Part shown: positions 59,102-64,000 of the stretch, one piece after another | Numbering within the stretch: the first letter of the stretch is position 1 | Layout of the letters: every line of letters begins with the position of its first letter | DNA from: an uncultured Saccharospirillaceae bacterium | GTDB taxonomy: Bacteria > Bacteroidota > Bacteroidia > Flavobacteriales_D > CAJJDF01 | Direction of reading: 5' to 3' | Assembly (NCBI GenBank): GCA_950054195.1 | Contig: CATLPG010000011.1 | Coordinates: 16 to 64,015, forward strand | DNA: 64,000 bases | Position numbers and translations under genes: made by a program | Notes under the pieces: generated by a model | Told to the model about the DNA's origin: nothing | What the model saw: the letters and a program-made list of their open reading frames with translations, nothing else | Database searches by the model: none

Positions 59102-60115
59102 ATGTCACACAGGAATAAATATGTATTATTTTGTATTCTTGTGTGGCTATTTTCTTGTTCACAACCGAAGAAAGATGTAAAAGATAAGCCACATACATTT
59201 CACATCCCTGTAGGTTTTAAGCATCCAGATCTTTTAGGTGTTGATAGCATAACTGATTTTAAAGTTAAGATTGGAAAGCGTATGTTTTTTGATAAAAACC
59301 TATCAAGTACAAAAGAGCTTTCGTGTGCATCTTGTCATATTCCTAGTCAGGCTTTTTCGGATACGATAGCCATTAGTGATGGTGTTTTGGGTAGAAAGGG
59401 ATTTAGAAATGCTCCTAGTTTGGCAAATGTAGCCTACCAACCAGTTATGTTTGTTGATGGAGGATCTCCAACGATAGAAATGCAAGTTGTAGCACCAATT
59501 ACTGATTCGAACGAAATGAATATGGACTATTTAGAAGCTATTAACTATTTGGCAAATGATTCTATTTATCGTTCATGGAGTATGGTTGCTTATGGGAGAG
59601 TTCCTGATGCTTATGTGTTTACGCGTTCGATAGCAGCATATCAACGGACATTACTGTCGGGAGATGCTAAGTATGATCAAGTAGTGCAAGGGGATGCTTC
59701 CTTTACAGAAGAAGAGCAGAGAGGTTATGACCTGTTTTTCAGTGATAAAACGAATTGTAGTAGTTGCCATTCGGGCAATTTATTTACGAATTACACGTAT
59801 CAAAATATAGGGTTGTACACTACTTATAGTGATTCAGGCAGAATGAGAATCACATTAAATGAAGAAGATAGGGGAAAGTTTAAAGTTCCATCACTTAGAA
59901 ACGTAGCATTAACATATCCATATATGCATGATGGATCAAAGGCAACTTTAGAGGAAGTAGTTTCGTTTTTTGATAGAGGAGGAAAAGATCATCCCAACAA
60001 AAGTGAATTAATTAAACCACTGCATTTAACAGAACAAGAACAAAAAGATATTGTATCATTTTTGCATACATTAACAGATAAAAAATTTATAGAAAGACAT
60101 GCGGTTAATTATTAA
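59102..60115 (+). CDS. Di-heme cytochrome c peroxidase/MauG/MbnH-like lipoprotein (paralog 1)
   Basis: Lipobox LFSC; CASCH and CSSCH; RNAPSL, FKVPSLRNV, PYMHDG; MFVDGG at the usual FWDGR position. Confidence 0.88.
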   Translation: MSHRNKYVLFCILVWLFSCSQPKKDVKDKPHTFHIPVGFKHPDLLGVDSITDFKVKIGKRMFFDKNLSSTKELSCASCHIPSQAFSDTIAISDGVLGRKGFRNAPSLANVAYQPVMFVDGGSPTIEMQVVAPITDSNEMNMDYLEAINYLANDSIYRSWSMVAYGRVPDAYVFTRSIAAYQRTLLSGDAKYDQVVQGDASFTEEEQRGYDLFFSDKTNCSSCHSGNLFTNYTYQNIGLYTTYSDSGRMRITLNEEDRGKFKVPSLRNVALTYPYMHDGSKATLEEVVSFFDRGGKDHPNKSELIKPLHLTEQEQKDIVSFLHTLTDKKFIERHAVNY

Positions 60116-61172
60116 CATATTAGTAGCACTGTTGGCTGTTTTTATGTTTAGTTGTAAAGAAAAAGAAGACAACATTACTCAAACAACTAAACAACCTCAA
60201 GGCTATACACCAACGCCTTATCAGCTAAACTTGCCACAGCATTTTCCACAGATGCCTTTACCAATGGATAATCCATTAACAGAAGAAGGAGTGGAGCTTG
60301 GAAGGTATTTATTCTACGAAAAGAAATTGTCAGGAGATAATACCATGTCATGTGGTTCTTGTCATAAGCCAGATGCTGGATTTTCTGATGATCGACAATT
60401 TAGTATAGGAATTGACGGAATGCAAGGTAATAGACAAGCAATGCCTATTGTAAATTTAGGGTATGCACAAAAATTCTTTTGGGACGGTCGATCTAACTCA
60501 TTAACCGAACAGGCTTTGGAACCGGTTAGAGATCCTATTGAATTTCATGAAAATTGGGTAAATGCAGTAAGTGAGTTGCAAGCGGACCCATTGTATCCGC
60601 CTATGTTTGAGAAGGCTTTTGGAACTTCTACGATAGATTCAATTTTAGTGGCAAAGGCAATAGCTCAATTCGAATTAACGATGATTTCTGGAAATTCTAA
60701 ATTTGATCAATGGATTAAGAGGGAAGTAGCTTTTACAACGGATGAGTTGAATGGATATAATCTTTTTAACGCTTTAGGAGGAGGAGATTGTTTACACTGT
60801 CATGGCGGTACATTAACAACAGATCATAGTTTTCAAAATAATGGTTTAGATGAGTTTCTTACAGATTTAGGTTTGGGAGCAGTAACTGGAGATCCGTCCG
60901 ATAATGGGAAGTTTAAAGTCCCATCATTAAGAAATATAGCTTTAACAGCACCGTATATGCATGATGGAAGATTTAACACGTTGGACGAAGTGATTGATTT
61001 TTACAGCACGGGAGTTCACGCTAATTCACCTAACATTAGTCCAAACATGGAGTTTGCTGCTGATGGAGGGGTTAACTTAACTCCTCAAGAAAAGGTTGAG
61101 TTAAAAGCCTTCTTGTTAACGTTAACCGATACAAGTTTTATCAATAATCCAGACTTTCAAGATCCGCATTAA
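60099..61172 (+). CDS. Di-heme cytochrome c peroxidase/MauG/MbnH-like lipoprotein (paralog 2)
   Basis: Lipobox MFSC; DNPLT..GVELGR.LFY; CGSCH and CLHCH; FFWDGR; FKVPSLRNI; PYMHDGR. Confidence 0.9.
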   Translation: MRLIINILVALLAVFMFSCKEKEDNITQTTKQPQGYTPTPYQLNLPQHFPQMPLPMDNPLTEEGVELGRYLFYEKKLSGDNTMSCGSCHKPDAGFSDDRQFSIGIDGMQGNRQAMPIVNLGYAQKFFWDGRSNSLTEQALEPVRDPIEFHENWVNAVSELQADPLYPPMFEKAFGTSTIDSILVAKAIAQFELTMISGNSKFDQWIKREVAFTTDELNGYNLFNALGGGDCLHCHGGTLTTDHSFQNNGLDEFLTDLGLGAVTGDPSDNGKFKVPSLRNIALTAPYMHDGRFNTLDEVIDFYSTGVHANSPNISPNMEFAADGGVNLTPQEKVELKAFLLTLTDTSFINNPDFQDPH

Positions 61173-61684
61173 AGACTTTGCTTGATGCTTTCTATTTGTT
61201 TAATGTGATGGTTGATATGGTGCGCCATAAACGAAAGCGTCTGCTTAATATTTAAATAGCCAACTCTTGGATGTTTAAACAATTGCTTTTTATGAGCACT
61301 TTTTGGAAGCTTTTCGATGACTGATAAAAACCTTTTTCGAGTTTCTTCCCATCGCTGTGTTAATTCTTCAAATGATTCGGTGTTGGGAGGGCTTGAAACT
61401 ACTTTAGGAGCTTTAAACTTTTTATCAGACTTTAAATTTTTGTTTAGTTGATAGCTCATAAAGCTATTTTTGATACCAGTATTCTTTAATTCATCTAACT
61501 CTTGAGACTTCTTGTGAATGTATTTGCTAATGCCAGTTTCAGAATCAATAAGGTGTGCTACAACTTGAGTTAATGACCACTCATCCTCACTAGGTTTCTT
61601 AGTGAGTTTATCTTTGTCAATACCTTTTATAAGATTGATTATTTCTTCTTTAGATTGGTTGAAAAGTGCTAGTTCTTTTTCCAT
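61169..61684 (-). CDS. DinB/YfiT-family protein (possible bacillithiol S-transferase)
   Basis: WSLTQVVAHL, HP..G.L, AHHINHH His triad; directly downstream of bshC. Confidence 0.82.
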   Translation of the reverse strand: MEKELALFNQSKEEIINLIKGIDKDKLTKKPSEDEWSLTQVVAHLIDSETGISKYIHKKSQELDELKNTGIKNSFMSYQLNKNLKSDKKFKAPKVVSSPPNTESFEELTQRWEETRKRFLSVIEKLPKSAHKKQLFKHPRVGYLNIKQTLSFMAHHINHHIKQIESIKQSL

Positions 61685-61694
61685 AATTTTTATG

Positions 61695-63236
61695 TTATAG
61701 CTCGATTACATTTAAGTTGTAGTCAAATGGGGTAAATCTTTTTAGAAGTAAATCTATTAAATCTTCATCATAGTAGTTTAGTAGATTATCATGTCGTTCT
61801 TGGGGAGTATCATCAGGAAAGAGAGTGTCTTTAATCGAAGATAATTGATTAACTAACGTCTCATTGTTTTTCTTTTCAGCTCTAATAGCTTTAGATTTTA
61901 TTTGCTGAATTGCATTTTGTGCCTTTTTTAGCTCTGCAATAACCGTTTTCTCTAAAGAGAAATCAATATTAACTACTTTTTCTTTAGCCAAAGAGAATAC
62001 TTCCTCTAGTCCTTTTATCTCTTCATCAAAGGTTATTTCAGAGTTTTCAACGATATACTTTTTAATTAAAGCATCTTTATCTAAGAAAATATCTTCTGGA
62101 GAAATACCTGTTTTTTCTATCTTTTTTTGAATGTAAGAAGGAATCAATAAACCAAAATTTCTTGGGATTACTATTGGATAAGGAATTTTATATAAATCAA
62201 ACGTAGGTTTTAATTGAAGCCAGTAACTTATTTCTCCTGGTCCGCCAATATAAGCTATGTTAGGAAGAATTGTTTCCTGATAAACTGGACGTAACACAAC
62301 ATTCGGACTAAAACGTTCAGGGTTGTTCTCTAATTCCTTTAAAATTTCAGACTCTGAAAATGTTAGGTCTGTATTCAGTACTTTATACAAATCATCTTCA
62401 AATATAATTCGCTCTCTAATGTTTCCTTTTAAATAAAAGAGATTAATTTCTCTTGGGTGTACAAGTGTTTTATGGTCTAATTCATCTAGCTTATGGGAAG
62501 CTTCATTTACTTTCTCAACACTTTCTCTTTTTAGAAGTTCATTCTTGAAAATGGGGAGCATTAGCTTTTTGAGATCTTTACTATCTCCATCAATGACTAC
62601 TATTCCTTTACTTTCAAATAAGTGATAAACTAGCTTTTGTGTTGCTTCAGTAAGTGTTGCTGAGTTTTCGTAAATGGCTATTAGTTTTGAAACTTCTGTA
62701 GGAATTTCTCTATAGCTATCTTTTATTTCATCTAAAAAAGGAGCAATATCAGAAAGGTTAAACCTTCCAACAGCTCCAGTTTGATCTGTATTCCAAGTGA
62801 TTTTTTTCCCGAATAGGTAAACATGATCAACTTCCTCTTTATCATGATCTTCACTGGCCATCCAAAATACCGGAACAAAGTTTTTGTCGGGATATTCTGC
62901 ACTTAGTTTTTTAGCAAGATTAATGGTGCTAATAATTTTAAATACAAAATATAGAGGACCTCCGAACACCCCTAACTGATGACCAGTTGTTACAGTATAC
63001 GTATTAGACTTTTCAAGTAGGTTAATGTTTTTAATTACTGAAGGGTGAGTTGAAGAGGTTTGTTTTTTTAAAGCTTCAATAAGCTCTTTGCGATAAATAA
63101 AATCCCTAGAGATGTTTTTAAAGGAAGAGAGTTTTGGAGTGTTTGTATAGAGCTGTTTTAATTCAGGTTTCTCAGCAATATAGTCTTCAACCAACGTTGG
63201 AAGATGATTAGTTATGTCTTTAGAAATTTCAATCAT
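61695..63236 (-). CDS. bshC: Bacillithiol biosynthesis cysteine-adding enzyme
   Basis: VTTGHQ...GGPLY..FK, VPVFWMASEDHD, FSPNVVLRP, YIGGPGEISYW, PQER. Confidence 0.95.
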   Translation of the reverse strand: MIEISKDITNHLPTLVEDYIAEKPELKQLYTNTPKLSSFKNISRDFIYRKELIEALKKQTSSTHPSVIKNINLLEKSNTYTVTTGHQLGVFGGPLYFVFKIISTINLAKKLSAEYPDKNFVPVFWMASEDHDKEEVDHVYLFGKKITWNTDQTGAVGRFNLSDIAPFLDEIKDSYREIPTEVSKLIAIYENSATLTEATQKLVYHLFESKGIVVIDGDSKDLKKLMLPIFKNELLKRESVEKVNEASHKLDELDHKTLVHPREINLFYLKGNIRERIIFEDDLYKVLNTDLTFSESEILKELENNPERFSPNVVLRPVYQETILPNIAYIGGPGEISYWLQLKPTFDLYKIPYPIVIPRNFGLLIPSYIQKKIEKTGISPEDIFLDKDALIKKYIVENSEITFDEEIKGLEEVFSLAKEKVVNIDFSLEKTVIAELKKAQNAIQQIKSKAIRAEKKNNETLVNQLSSIKDTLFPDDTPQERHDNLLNYYDEDLIDLLLKRFTPFDYNLNVIEL

Positions 63237-64000
63237 AATTTGGTATCGTAAACCAATCCATCGATTATATATTCATAAATGGAGTGGTTACCTTTTAAAT
63301 TTGGGGTTTGAAAACAGCTTGTAATGTATTTAGGTTGATTCAAATATTCTCGATCAATCATTTCTACGATGGTGTTGTAGTATTTTGTTGAGGTTTTTCC
63401 AATTAATAGAGGCTCTAAATCATAACCCGACTTCCACTTGTGATAAATTTCGGTAAATCCAGCTAGGTATAGGTAGTCCTTTGTAAAACCACCACCTCTA
63501 AAAACACGAGCAACTAAATTGAATGTTTCTCTTTTATCTTCTTTGTAATCGTTAAGAATGGTGTTGTAAACTTCAACAAAATCAGCACCTAAACACATCA
63601 TATCTATCGCAATAACTCGAAGGGCTAAGGTTCTTAATCGTCTTAATGTAATGTTTCCTGATAAATATTCAGCTAATACGGCCAGTCCTTCTTGGGTTTT
63701 TGTATTAACGGGTAAACCAAGATTAAATACTTTTAGAGGTTGATCAATAGAGTTCATGGTTGTAACCATATGCACGCCTATTTCATGGTGAACTAAATAA
63801 TTTAACTCTTTGATAGAAAACTTAGAGTTTCTCTTTATTAAAACCTTTTTTTCACTATTAATAACCATTACATCAGAGGCCATATCTGAAGTAACTCCAA
63901 TTTTAGATCCTTTAAAACCATAATCCTTAAAGCTTCTTTGAAAAGCTTCTTTGGCTTCCTTAACACCTACTTGAAGGTTAACTGTTTTGTCAGATGGAAT
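63233..64000 (-). CDS. DUF1704/QEGLA-motif metallopeptidase (MATCAP-like), 5'-truncated by window end
   Basis: HHEIGVH and TQEGLA motifs, RVFRGGGFTKDYLY; frame stays open from 63883 to 64000. Confidence 0.85.
   Translation of the reverse strand: MPSDKTVNLQVGVKEAKEAFQRSFKDYGFKGSKIGVTSDMASDVMVINSEKKVLIKRNSKFSIKELNYLVHHEIGVHMVTTMNSIDQPLKVFNLGLPVNTKTQEGLAVLAEYLSGNITLRRLRTLALRVIAIDMMCLGADFVEVYNTILNDYKEDKRETFNLVARVFRGGGFTKDYLYLAGFTEIYHKWKSGYDLEPLLIGKTSTKYYNTIVEMIDREYLNQPKYITSCFQTPNLKGNHSIYEYIIDGLVYDTKL

Noticed and set aside
4480-59485. Short alternative-frame and antisense ORFs in the track (e.g. 4480-4791, 9422-9655, 29840-30067, 40502-40870, 45273-46252, 57717-57950)
   Set aside because: They lie within or largely overlap well-supported genes and have no recognisable motifs; shadow ORFs.
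58328-61172. Methanobactin biosynthetic cluster
   Set aside because: No MbnA precursor, MbnB/MbnC or TonB-dependent receptor in the window.
1-64000. CRISPR arrays, tRNA, rRNA, IS elements, defence systems
   Set aside because: None recognised by eye on either strand; a covariance-model scan could still find small RNAs.

Overview
AT-rich chromosomal window from a Bacteroidota, probably a Flavobacteriales bacterium. The assignment rests on TAnnTTTG promoters, type IX secretion (T9SS) cargo, batD/E and DUF2851; the Na+-NQR operon suggests a marine habitat. It is mostly housekeeping: coaE, yajC, nusB, Leu/Glu dehydrogenase, rocD, rnpB, murQ, yggS, cbs, nqrABCDEF, murB, rocF and bshC. No prophage, IS, CRISPR, tRNA or rRNA was seen. 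Several uncharacterised envelope modules stand out. (1) A probable copper-handling operon at 56880-61172: a Cys-rich leader ORF ending in PPP, whose stop codon lies in a 10-bp hairpin reaching the next gene's initiation region, then a CxxC beta-barrel, MbnP and two di-heme MbnH-like enzymes, one lacking the inter-heme Trp. (2) A tandemly duplicated M48 metalloprotease + beta-barrel pair. (3) An LVIVD lipoprotein + three paralogous beta-barrels with three sigma54-like promoters. (4) A membrane AraC sensor followed by two signal-peptide-bearing tail-fibre/S74-chaperone proteins. (5) A recurrent ECF-type promoter motif before T9SS cargo genes. All calls come from reading motifs by eye; no searches were run.
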